Origin: Auanema rhodensis
Taxonomy: Eukaryota > Animalia > Nematoda
Assembly: GCA_964057225.1 (NCBI GenBank)
Contig: OZ059900.1
Span: 2,108,001-2,172,000 of the forward strand
DNA: 64,000 nucleotides
Reading direction: 5' to 3'
The notes under the pieces were generated by a model that was not told where the DNA came from, searched no databases, and was given only the letters and a program-made list of their open reading frames with translations. The position numbers and the translations under genes are program-made. The stretch's first letter is position 1. The number at the start of each line of letters is the position of its first letter. Shown one piece after another: positions 1-12,370 of the stretch.

Positions 1-199
1 ACGAGTTTTGAGTCTAATTTGGCTAAATCGCTCATATATATGATCAGAAGCATAGTTTTATTGTCTATGACAACGAAAGTCATTAATTAAACACTAATGA
101 TGTTTAAATCACTAAATTTCGCTCAAATAGCATTACCACACTAAGTATGGTCGTTTGTATGCCTTTAACACCATATACTCACCGATTTTTGGTACAAAA

Positions 200-2290
200 T
201 CTGTGATACTCGTAAATTTTGATCATATTCGTTAAGATTCGAAAATCAAACACACAATAAACAAAATCAGTCTATTTTTATGAGTTTGCACTGATATATA
301 TTCATTTTGATCAAAAAAGGTCGAAAATAGAAAGAATTTTCGAATTTTCCGAGTTTTGAGTCTAATTTGGCTAAATCGCTCATATACATGATCAGAAGCA
401 TAGTTTTATTGTCTATGACAACAAAAGTCATCAATTAAACGCTAGTGATGTTTAAATACTGATTTTCGCTCAAATAGCATTACTACACTAAGTATGGTCG
501 TTTTTATGCCTTTAACACCATATACTCACCGATTTTTGGTACAAAATCTGTAATACTTGTAAATTTTGATCATATTCGTTAAGATTCGAGAATCAAACAC
601 ACAATACACGAAATAAGTTTATTTTTACGAGTTTGCACTGATATTTATTCATTTTGATCAAAAAAGGTCGAAAATAGAAAGAATTTTTGAAATTTCCGAG
701 TTTTGAGTCTAATTTGGCTAAATCGCTCATATACATGATCAGAAGCATAGTTTTATTGTCTATGACAACAAAAGTCATCAATTAAACGCTAGTGATGTTT
801 AAATACTGAATTTCGCTCAAATAGCATTACTACACTAAGTATGGTCGTTTTTATGCCTTTAACACCATATACTCACCGATTTTTGGTACAAAATCTGTGA
901 TACTCGTAAATTTTGATCATATTCGGTGAGATTCGAGGATCGAACACACAATACACGAAATAAGTTTATTTTGACGAGTTTGCACTGATATTTATTCATT
1001 TTGATCAAAAAAGGTCGAAAATAGAAAGAATTTTTGAAATTTCCGAGTTTTGAGTCTAATTTGGCTAAATCGCTCATATATATGATCAAAAGCATAGTTT
1101 TACTGTCTATGATAACAAAAGTCTTCAAATATACACTAATAATGATTTAATCACTGAATTTCACTCAAATAGCATTACTACACTAAGTATGGTCGTTTTT
1201 ACGCCTTTAACACCATATACTCACCGATTTTTGGTACAAAATCTGTGATACTCGTAAATTTTGATCATATTCGTTAAGATTCGAAAATCAAACACACAAT
1301 AAACAAAATCAGTCTATTTTTATGAGTTTGCACTGATATATATTCATTTTGATCAAAAAAGGTCGAAAATAGAAAGAATTTTCGAATTTTCCGAGTTTTG
1401 AGTCTAATTTGGCTAAATCGCTCATATACATGATCAGAAGCATAGTTTTATTGTCTATGACAACAAAAGTCATCAATTAAACGCTAGTGATGTTTAAATA
1501 CTGATTTTCGCTCAAATAGCATTACTACACTAAGTATGGTCGTTTTTATGCCTTTAACACCATATACTCACCGATTTTTGGTACAAAATCTGTAATACTT
1601 GTAAATTTTGATCATATTCGTTAAGATTCGAGAATCAAACACACAATACACGAAATAAGTTTATTTTTACGAGTTTGCACTGATATTTATTCATTTTGAT
1701 CAAAAAAGGTCGAAAATAGAAAGAATTTTTGAAATTTCCGAGTTTTGAGTCTAATTTGGCTAAATCGCTCATATACATGATCAGAAGCATAGTTTTATTG
1801 TCTATGACAACAAAAGTCATCAATTAAACGCTAGTGATGTTTAAATACTGAATTTCGCTCAAATAGCATTACTACACTAAGTATGGTCGTTTTTATGCCT
1901 TTAACACCATATACTCACCGATTTTTGGTACAAAATCTGTGATACTCGTAAATTTTGATCATATTCGGTGAGATTCGAGGATCGAACACACAATACACGA
2001 AATAAGTTTATTTTGACGAGTTTGCACTGATATTTATTCATTTTGATCAAAAAAGGTCGAAAATAGAAAGAATTTTTGAAATTTCCGAGTTTTGAGTCTA
2101 ATTTGGCTAAATCGCTCATATATATGATCAAAAGCATAGTTTCACTGTCTATGATAACAAAAGTCTTCAAATATACACTAATAATGATTTAATCACTGAA
2201 TTTCACTCAAATAGCATTACTACACTAAGTATGGTCGTTTTTACGCCTTTAACACCATATACTCACCGATTTTTGGTACAAAATCTGTGA
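200..2290. repeat. Local higher-order repeat: 3-mer (1042 bp) x2
   Basis: Private variant TTTACGCC (ACGCC at 1201 and 2243); ORF offsets 593/1635 and 859/1901 are both 1042. Confidence 0.88.
1043..1390. repeat. Representative 348-bp monomer
   Basis: CCGAGTTTTG at 1043 and again at 1391. The 347-bp form lacks the C in TAAAT(C)ACTGA. Confidence 0.97.
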
Positions 2291-2449
2291 TACTCGTAAA
2301 TTCTGATCATATTTGGTGAGATTCGAGAATCAAACACACAATACACGAAATAAGTTTATTTTTACGAGTTTGCACTGATATTTATTCATTTTGATCAAAA
2401 AAGGTCGAAAATAGAAAGAATTTTTGAAATTTCCGAGTTTTGAGTCTAA

Positions 2450-5400
2450 TTTGGCTAAATCGCTCATATATATGATCAAAAGCATAGTTTTACTGTCTAT
2501 GATAACAAAAGTCTTCAAATATACACTAATAATGATTTAATCACTGAATTTCACTCAAATAGCATTACTACACTAAGTATGGTCGTTTTTATGCCTTTAA
2601 CACCATATACTCACCGATTTTTGGTACAAAATCTGTGATACTCGTAAATTTTGATCATATTCGGTGAGATTCGAGAATCAAACACACAATACACGAAATA
2701 AGTTTATTTTTACGAGTTTGCACTGATATTTATTCATTTTGATCAAAAAAGGTCGAAAATAGAAAGAATTTTTGAAATTTCCGAGTTTTGAGTCTAATTT
2801 GGCTAAATCGCTCATATATATGATCAAAAGCATAGTTTTATTGTCTATGACAACAAAAGTCATCAATTAAACGCTAGTGATGTTTAAATACTGAATTTCG
2901 CTCAAATAGCATTACTACACTAAGTATGGTCGTTTTTATGCCTTTAACACCATATACTCACCGATTTTTGGTACAAAATCTGTAATACTTGTAAATTTTG
3001 ATCATATTCGTTAAGATTCGAGAATCAAACACACAATACACGAAATAAGTTTATTTTTACGAGTTTGCACTGATATTTATTCATTTTGATCAAAAAAGGT
3101 CGAAAATAGAAAGAATTTTTGAAATTTCCGAGTTTTGAGTCTAATTTGGCTAAATCGCTCATATACATGATCAGAAGCATAGTTTTATTGTCTATGACAA
3201 CAAAAGTCATCAATTAAACGCTAGTGATGTTTAAATACTGATTTTCGCTCAAATAGCATTACTACACTAAGTATGGTCGTTTTTATGCCTTTAACACCAT
3301 ATATTCACCGATTTTTGGTACAAAATCTGTAATACTCGTAAATTTTGATCATATTCGTTAAGATTTGAGAATCAAACATACAATACACAAAATCAGTCTA
3401 TTTTTATGAGCTTGCACTGATATATATTCATTTTGATCAAAAAAGGTCGAAAATAGAAAGAATTTTTGAAATTTACGAGTTTTGAGTCTAATTTGGCTAA
3501 ATCGCTCATATATATGATCAGAAGCATAGTTTTATTGTCTATGACAACGAAAGTCATTAATTAAACACTAATGATGTTTAAATCACTAAATTTCGCTCAA
3601 ATAGCATTACTACACTAAGTATGGTCGTTTTTATGCCTTTAACACCATATACTCACCGATTTTTGGTACAAAATCTGTGATACTCGTAAATTTTGATCAT
3701 ATTCGTTAAGATTCGAAAATCAAACACACAATAAACAAAATCAGTCTATTTTTATGAGTTTGCACTGATATATATTCATTTTGATCGAAAAAGGTCGAAA
3801 ATAGAAAGAATTTTCGAATTTTCCGAGTTTTGAGTCTAATTTGGCTAAATCGCTCATATACATGATCAGAAGCATAGTTTTATTGTCTATGACAACAAAA
3901 GTCATCAATTAAACGCTAGTGATGTTTAAATACTGATTTTCGCTCAAATAGCATTACTACACTAAGTATGGTCGTTTTTATGCCTTTAACACCATGTACT
4001 CACCGATTTTTGGTACAAAATCTGTAATACTTGTAAATTTTGATCATATTCGTTAAGATTCGAGAATCAAACACACAATACACAAAATAAGTTTATTTTT
4101 ACGAGTTTGCACTGATATTTATTCATTTTGATCAAAAAAGGTCGAAAATAGAAAGAATTTTTGAAATTTCCGAGTTTTGAGTCTAATTTGGCTAAATCGC
4201 TCATATATATGATCAAAAGCATAGTTTTATTGTCTATGACAACAAAAGTCATCAATTAAACGCTAGTGATGTTTAAATACTGAATTTCGCTCAAATAGCA
4301 TTACTACACTAAGTATGGTCGTTTTTATGCCTTTAACACCATATACTCACCGATTTTTGGTACAAAATCTGTAATACTCGTAAATTTTGATCATATTCGT
4401 TAAGATTTGAGAATCAAACATACAATACACAAAATCAGTCTATTTTTATGAGCTTGCACTGATATATATTCATTTTGATCAAAAAAGGTCGAAAATAGAA
4501 AGAATTTTTGAAATTTACGAGTTTTGAATCTAATTTGGCTAAATCGCTCATATATATGATCAAAAGCATAGTTTTACTGTCTATGATAACAAAAGTCTTC
4601 AAATATACACTAATAATGATTTAATCACTGAATTTCACTCAAATAGCATTACTACACTAAGTATGGTCGTTTTTATGCCTTTAACACCATATACTCACCG
4701 ATTTTTGGTACAAAATCTGTGATACTCGTAAATTTTGATCATATTCGGTGAGATTCGAGAATCAAACACACAATACACGAAATAAGTTTATTTTTACGAG
4801 TTTGCACTGATATTTATTCATTTTGATCAAAAAAGGTCGAAAATAGAAAGAATTTTTGAAATTTCCGAGTTTTGAGTCTAATTTGGCTAAATCGCTCATA
4901 TATATGATCAAAAGCATAGTTTTATTGTCTATGACAACAAAAGTCATCAATTAAACGCTAGTGATGTTTAAATACTGAATTTCGCTCAAATAGCATTACT
5001 ACACTAAGTATGGTCGTTTTTATGCCTTTAACACCATATACTCACCGATTTTTGGTACAAAATCTGTAATACTTGTAAATTTTGATCATATTCGTTAAGA
5101 TTCGAGAATCAAACACACAATACACGAAATAAGTTTATTTTTACGAGTTTGCACTGATATTTATTCATTTTGATCAAAAAAGGTCGAAAATAGAAAGAAT
5201 TTTTGAAATTTCCGAGTTTTGAGTCTAATTTGGCTAAATCGCTCATATACATGATCAGAAGCATAGTTTTATTGTCTATGACAACAAAAGTCATCAATTA
5301 AACGCTAGTGATGTTTAAATACTGATTTTCGCTCAAATAGCATTACTACACTAAGTATGGTCGTTTTTATGCCTTTAACACCATATATTCACCGATTTTT

Positions 5401-7450
5401 GGTACAAAATCTGTAATACTCGTAAATTTTGATCATATTCGTTAAGATTTGAGAATCAAACATACAATACACAAAATCAGTCTATTTTTATGAGCTTGCA
5501 CTGATATATATTCATTTTGATCAAAAAAGGTCGAAAATAGAAAGAATTTTTGAAATTTACGAGTTTTGAGTCTAATTTGGCTAAATCGCTCATATATATG
5601 ATCAGAAGCATAGTTTTATTGTCTATGACAACGAAAGTCATTAATTAAACACTAATGATGTTTAAATCACTAAATTTCGCTCAAATAGCATTACTACACT
5701 AAGTATGGTCGTTTTTATGCCTTTAACACCATATACTCACCGATTTTTGGTACAAAATCTGTGATACTCGTAAATTTTGATCATATTCGTTAAGATTCGA
5801 AAATCAAACACACAATAAACAAAATCAGTCTATTTTTATGAGTTTGCACTGATATATATTCATTTTGATCGAAAAAGGTCGAAAATAGAAAGAATTTTCG
5901 AATTTTCCGAGTTTTGAGTCTAATTTGGCTAAATCGCTCATATACATGATCAGAAGCATAGTTTTATTGTCTATGACAACAAAAGTCATCAATTAAACGC
6001 TAGTGATGTTTAAATACTGATTTTCGCTCAAATAGCATTACTACACTAAGTATGGTCGTTTTTATGCCTTTAACACCATATACTCACCGATTTTTGGTAC
6101 AAAATCTGTAATACTTGTAAATTTTGATCATATTCGTTAAGATTCGAGAATCAAACACACAATACACAAAATAAGTTTATTTTTACGAGTTTGCACTGAT
6201 ATTTATTCATTTTGATCAAAAAAGGTCGAAAATAGAAAGAATTTTTGAAATTTCCGAGTTTTGAGTCTAATTTGGCTAAATCGCTCATATATATGATCAA
6301 AAGCATAGTTTTATTGTCTATGACAACAAAAGTCATCAATTAAACGCTAGTGATGTTTAAATACTGAATTTCGCTCAAATAGCATTACTACACTAAGTAT
6401 GGTCGTTTTTATGCCTTTAACACCATATATTCACCGATTTTTGGTACAAAATCTGTAATACTCGTAAATTTTGATCATATTCGTTAAGATTTGAGAATCA
6501 AACATACAATACACAAAATCAGTCTATTTTTATGAGCTTGCACTGATATATATTCATTTTGATCAAAAAAGGTCGAAAATAGAAAGAATTTTTGAAATTT
6601 ACGAGTTTTGAGTCTAATTTGGCTAAATCGCTCATATATATGATCAGAAGCATAGTTTTATTGTCTATGACAACGAAAGTCATTAATTAAACACTAATGA
6701 TGTTTAAATCACTAAATTTCGCTCAAATAGCATTACTACACTAAGTATGGTCGTTTTTATGCCTTTAACACCATATACTCACCGATTTTTGGTACAAAAT
6801 CTGTGATACTCGTAAATTTTGATCATATTCGTTAAGATTCGAAAATCAAACACACAATAAACAAAATCAGTCTATTTTTATGAGTTTGCACTGATATATA
6901 TTCATTTTGATCGAAAAAGGTCGAAAATAGAAAGAATTTTCGAATTTTCCGAGTTTTGAGTCTAATTTGGCTAAATCGCTCATATACATGATCAGAAGCA
7001 TAGTTTTATTGTCTATGACAACAAAAGTCATCAATTAAACGCTAGTGATGTTTAAATACTGATTTTCGCTCAAATAGCATTACTACACTAAGTATGGTCG
7101 TTTTTATGCCTTTAACACCATATACTCACCGATTTTTGGTACAAAATCTGTAATACTTGTAAATTTTGATCATATTCGTTAAGATTCGAGAATCAAACAC
7201 ACAATACACAAAATAAGTTTATTTTTACGAGTTTGCACTGATATTTATTCATTTTGATCAAAAAAGGTCGAAAATAGAAAGAATTTTTGAAATTTCCGAG
7301 TTTTGAGTCTAATTTGGCTAAATCGCTCATATATATGATCAAAAGCATAGTTTTATTGTCTATGACAACAAAAGTCATCAATTAAACGCTAGTGATGTTT
7401 AAATACTGAATTTCGCTCAAATAGCATTACTACACTAAGTATGGTCGTTT
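2450..7450. repeat. 6-mer (2084 bp) x2, followed by a further duplication of a 3-mer (1042 bp)
   Basis: Private variant GATCGAAAAAGG at 3783, 5867 and 6909 (offsets 2084, 1042). ORF offsets 2678/4762, 3025/5109, 4067/6151/7193. Confidence 0.88.
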
Positions 7451-7479
7451 TTATGCCTTTAACACCATATACTCACCGA

Positions 7480-8440
7480 TTTTTGGTACAAAATCTGTGA
7501 TACTCGTAAATTTTGATCATATTCGGTGAGATTCGAGAATCAAACACACAATACACGAAATAAGTTTATTTTTACGAGTTTGCACTGATATTTATTCATT
7601 TTGATCAAAAAAGGTCGAAAATAGAAAGAATTTTTGAAATTTCCGAGTTTTGAGTCTAATTTGGCTAAATCGCTCATATACATGATCAGAAGCATAGTTT
7701 TATTGTCTATGACAACAAAAGTCATCAATTAAACGCTAGTGATGTTTAAATACTGAATTTCGCTCAAATAGCATTACTACACTAAGTATGGTCGTTTTTA
7801 TGCCTTTAACACCATATACTCACCGATTTTTGGTACAAAATCTGTGATACTCGTAAATTTTGATCATATTCGGTGAGATTCGAGAATCAAACACACAATA
7901 CACGGAATAAGTTTATTTTTACGAGTTTGCACTGATATTTATTCATTTTGATCAAAAAAGGTCGAAAATAGAAAGAATTTTTGAAATTTCCGAGTTTTGA
8001 GTCTAATTTGGCTAAATCGCTCATATACATGATCAGAAGCATAGTTTTATTGTCTATGACAACAAAAGTCATCAATTAAACGCTAGTGATGTTTAAATAC
8101 TGAATTTCGCTCAAATAGCATTACTACACTAAGTATGGTCGTTTTTATGCCTTTAACACCATATACTCACCGATTTTTGGTACAAAATCTGTGATACTCG
8201 TAAATTTTGATCATATTCGGTGAGATTCGAGAATCAAACACACAATACACGGAATAAGTTTATTTTTACGAGTTTGCACTGATATTTATTCATTTTGATC
8301 AAAAAAGGTCGAAAATAGAAAGAATTTTTGAAATTTCCGAGTTTTGAGTCTAATTTGGCTAAATCGCTCATATACATGATCAGAAGCATAGTTTTATTGT
8401 CTATGACAACAAAAGTCATCAATTAAACGCTAGTGATGTT
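7480..8440. repeat. Run of near-identical monomers (single-monomer duplication)
   Basis: Private variant CACGGAATAA at 7901 and 8248 (offset 347). Confidence 0.8.
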
Positions 8441-11400
8441 TAAATCACTAAATTTCGCTCAAATAGCATTACTACACTAAGTATGGTCGTTTTTATGCCT
8501 TTAACACCATATACTCACCGATTTTTGGTACAAAATCTGTGATACTCGTAAATTTTGATCATATTCGGTGAGATTCGAGAATCAAACACACAATACACGA
8601 AATAAGTCTATTTTTATGAGTTTGCACTGATATTTATTCATTTTGATCAAAAAACGTCGAAAATAGAAAGAATTTTTGAATTTTCCGAGTTTTGAGTCCA
8701 ATTGGGCTAAATCGCTCATATATATGATCAAAAGCATAGTTTTACTGTCTATGATAACAAAAGTCTTCAAATATACACTAATAATGATTTAATCACTGAA
8801 TTTCACTCAAATAGCAATACTACACTAAGTATGGTCGTTTTTATGCCTTTAACACCATATACTCACCGATTTTTGGTACAAAATCTGTGATACTCGTAAA
8901 TTCTGATCATATTCGGTGAGATTCGAGAATCAAACACACAATACACGAAATAAGTTTATTTTTACGAGTTTGCACTGATATTTATTCATTTTGATCAAAA
9001 AAGGTCGAAAATAGAAAGAATTTTTGAAATTTCCGAGTTTTGAGTCTAATTTGGCTAAATCGCTCATATATATGATCAAAAGCATAGTTTTACTGTCTAT
9101 GATAACAAAAGTCTTCAAATATACACTAATAATGTGTAAATCACTGAATTTCACTCAAATAGCATTACTACACTAAGTATGGTCGTTTTTATGCCTTTAA
9201 CACCATATACTCACCGATTTTTGGTACAAAATCTGTGATACTCGTAAATTTTGATCATATTCGGTGAGATTCGAGAATCAAACACACAATACACGAAATA
9301 AGTTTATTTTTACGAGTTTGCACTGATATTTATTCATTTTGATCAAAAAAGGTCGAAAATAGAAAGAATTTTTGAAATTTCCGAGTTTTGAGTCTAATTT
9401 GGCTAAATCGCTCATATACATGATCAGAAGCATAGTTTTATTGTCTATGACAACAAAAGTCATCAATTAAACGCTAGTGATGTTTAAATACTGAATTTCG
9501 CTCAAATAGCATTACTACACTAAGTATGGTCGTTTTTATGCCTTTAACACCATATACTCACCGATTTTTGGTACAAAATCTGTAATACTCGTAAATTTTG
9601 ATCATATTCGTTAAGATTTGAGAATCAAACATACAATACACAAAATCAGTCTATTTTTATGAGCTTGCACTGATATATATTCATTTTGATCAAAAAAGGT
9701 CGAAAATAGAAAGAATTTTTGAAATTTACGAGTTTTGAATCTAATTTGGCTAAATCGCTCATATATATGATCAAAAGCATAGTTTTACTGTCTATGATAA
9801 CAAAAGTCTTCAAATATATACTAATAATGATTAAATCACTGAATTTCACTCAAATAGCATTACTACACTAAGTATGGTCGTTTTTATGCCTTTAACACCA
9901 TATACTCACCGATTTTTGGTACAAAATCTGTAATACTCGTAAATTTTGATCATATTCGTTAAGATTTGAAAATCAAACACACAATACACGAAATAAGTTT
10001 ATTTTTACGAGTTTGCACTGATATTTATTCATTTTGATCAAAAAAGGTCGAAAATAGAAAGAATTTTTGAAATTTCCGAGTTTTGAGTCTAATTTGGCTA
10101 AATCGCTCATATACATGATCAGAAGCATAGTTTTACTGTCTATGATAACAAAAGTCTTCAAATATACACTAATAATGATTAAATCACTGAATTTCACTCA
10201 AATAGCATTACTACACTAAGTATGGTCGTTTTTATGCCTTTAACACCATATACTCACCGATTTTTGGTACAAAATCTGTGATACTCGTAAATTTTGATCA
10301 TATTCGGTGAGATTCGAGAATCAAACACACAATACACGAAATAAGTTTATTTTTACGAGTTTGCACTGATATTTATTCATTTTGATCAAAAAAGGTCGAA
10401 AATAGAAAGAATTTTTGAAATTTCCGAGTTTTGAGTCTAATTTGGCTAAATCGCTCATATACATGATCAGAAGCATAGTTTTATTGTCTATGACAACAAA
10501 AGTCATCAATTAAACGCTAGTGATGTTTAAATACTGATTTTCGCTCAAATAGCATTACTACACTAAGTATGGTCGTTTTTATGCCTTTAACACCATATAC
10601 TCACCGATTTTTGGTACAAAATCTGTAATACTCGTAAATTTTGATCATATTCGTTAAGATTTGAAAATCAAACACACAATACACGAAATAAGTTTATTTT
10701 TACGAGTTTGCACTGATATTTATTCATTTTGATCAAAAAAGGTCGAAAATAGAAAGAATTTTTGAAATTTCCGAGTTTTGAGTCTAATTTGGCTAAATCG
10801 CTCATATACATGATCAGAAGCATAGTTTTATTGTCTATGACAACAAAAGTCATCAATTAAACGCTAGTGATGTTTAAATCACTAAATTTCGCTCAAATAG
10901 CATTACTACACTAAGTATGGTCGTTTTTATGCCTTTAACACCATATACTCACCGATTTTTGGTACAAAATCTGTGATACTCGTAAATTTTGATCATATTC
11001 GGTGAGATTCGAGAATCAAACACACAATACACGAAATAAGTCTATTTTTATGAGTTTGCACTGATATTTATTCATTTTGATCAAAAAACGTCGAAAATAG
11101 AAAGAATTTTTGAATTTTCCGAGTTTTGAGTCCAATTGGGCTAAATCGCTCATATATATGATCAAAAGCATAGTTTTACTGTCTATGATAACAAAAGTCT
11201 TCAAATATACACTAATAATGATTTAATCACTGAATTTCACTCAAATAGCAATACTACACTAAGTATGGTCGTTTTTATGCCTTTAACACCATATACTCAC
11301 CGATTTTTGGTACAAAATCTGTGATACTCGTAAATTCTGATCATATTCGGTGAGATTCGAGAATCAAACACACAATACACGAAATAAGTTTATTTTTACG

Positions 11401-12370
11401 AGTTTGCACTGATATTTATTCATTTTGATCAAAAAAGGTCGAAAATAGAAAGAATTTTTGAAATTTCCGAGTTTTGAGTCTAATTTGGCTAAATCGCTCA
11501 TATATATGATCAAAAGCATAGTTTTACTGTCTATGATAACAAAAGTCTTCAAATATACACTAATAATGTGTAAATCACTGAATTTCACTCAAATAGCATT
11601 ACTACACTAAGTATGGTCGTTTTTATGCCTTTAACACCATATACTCACCGATTTTTGGTACAAAATCTGTGATACTCGTAAATTTTGATCATATTCGGTG
11701 AGATTCGAGAATCAAACACACAATACACGAAATAAGTTTATTTTTACGAGTTTGCACTGATATTTATTCATTTTGATCAAAAAAGGTCGAAAATAGAAAG
11801 AATTTTTGAAATTTCCGAGTTTTGAGTCTAATTTGGCTAAATCGCTCATATATATGATCAAAAGCATAGTTTTATTGTCTATGACAACAAAAGTCATCAA
11901 TTAAACGCTAGTGATGTTTAAATACTGAATTTCGCTCAAATAGCATTACTACACTAAGTATGGTCGTTTTTATGCCTTTAACACCATATACTCACCGATT
12001 TTTGGTACAAAATCTGTAATACTCGTAAATTTTGATCATATTCGTTAAGATTTGAGAATCAAACATACAATACACAAAATCAGTCTATTTTTATGAGCTT
12101 GCACTGATATATATTCATTTTGATCAAAAAAGGTCGAAAATAGAAAGAATTTTTGAAATTTACGAGTTTTGAATCTAATTTGGCTAAATCGCTCATATAT
12201 ATGATCAAAAGCATAGTTTTACTGTCTATGATAACAAAAGTCTTCAAATATACACTAATAATGATTAAATCACTGAATTTCACTCAAATAGCATTACTAC
12301 ACTAAGTATGGTCGTTTTTATGCCTTTAACACCATATACTCACCGATTTTTGGTACAAAATCTGTGATAC
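8260..12370. repeat. Imperfect 7-mer (2434 bp) duplication
   Basis: Private AAAACGTCGA variant (RRFL in the ORF track) in ORFs 8582 and 11016. Offsets 8930/11364, 9278/11712 and 9646/12080 are all 2434. Confidence 0.82.

Noticed and set aside
1-348. 5S rDNA, tRNA, snRNA or spliced-leader gene tandem array
   Set aside because: No recognisable 5S, tRNA cloverleaf, Pol III box or spliced-leader sequence on either strand; the unit is uniformly AT-rich. A covariance-model search (Rfam) was not possible here.
1-348. Iteron or origin element based on repeated GATC/TGATCA, or a MITE with terminal inverted repeats
   Set aside because: Three TGATCA per monomer come with no rep gene or unique flank. 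There are no terminal inverted repeats or target-site duplications delimiting a unit.
41-394. Ancestral ~87-bp tetramer suggested by TGATCA/CGCTCA at 41, 120, 220, 308 and 389
   Set aside because: Spacings are irregular (79, 100, 88, 81) and only one short motif supports it. The dimer model has four collinear anchors.
575-594. CENP-B box-like motif ATTCGTTAAGATTCGAGA
   Set aside because: The canonical core is TTCG-N4-A-N2-CGGG. Here the spacing is one base longer, the end is CGAG, and the site is among the most polymorphic in the monomer.
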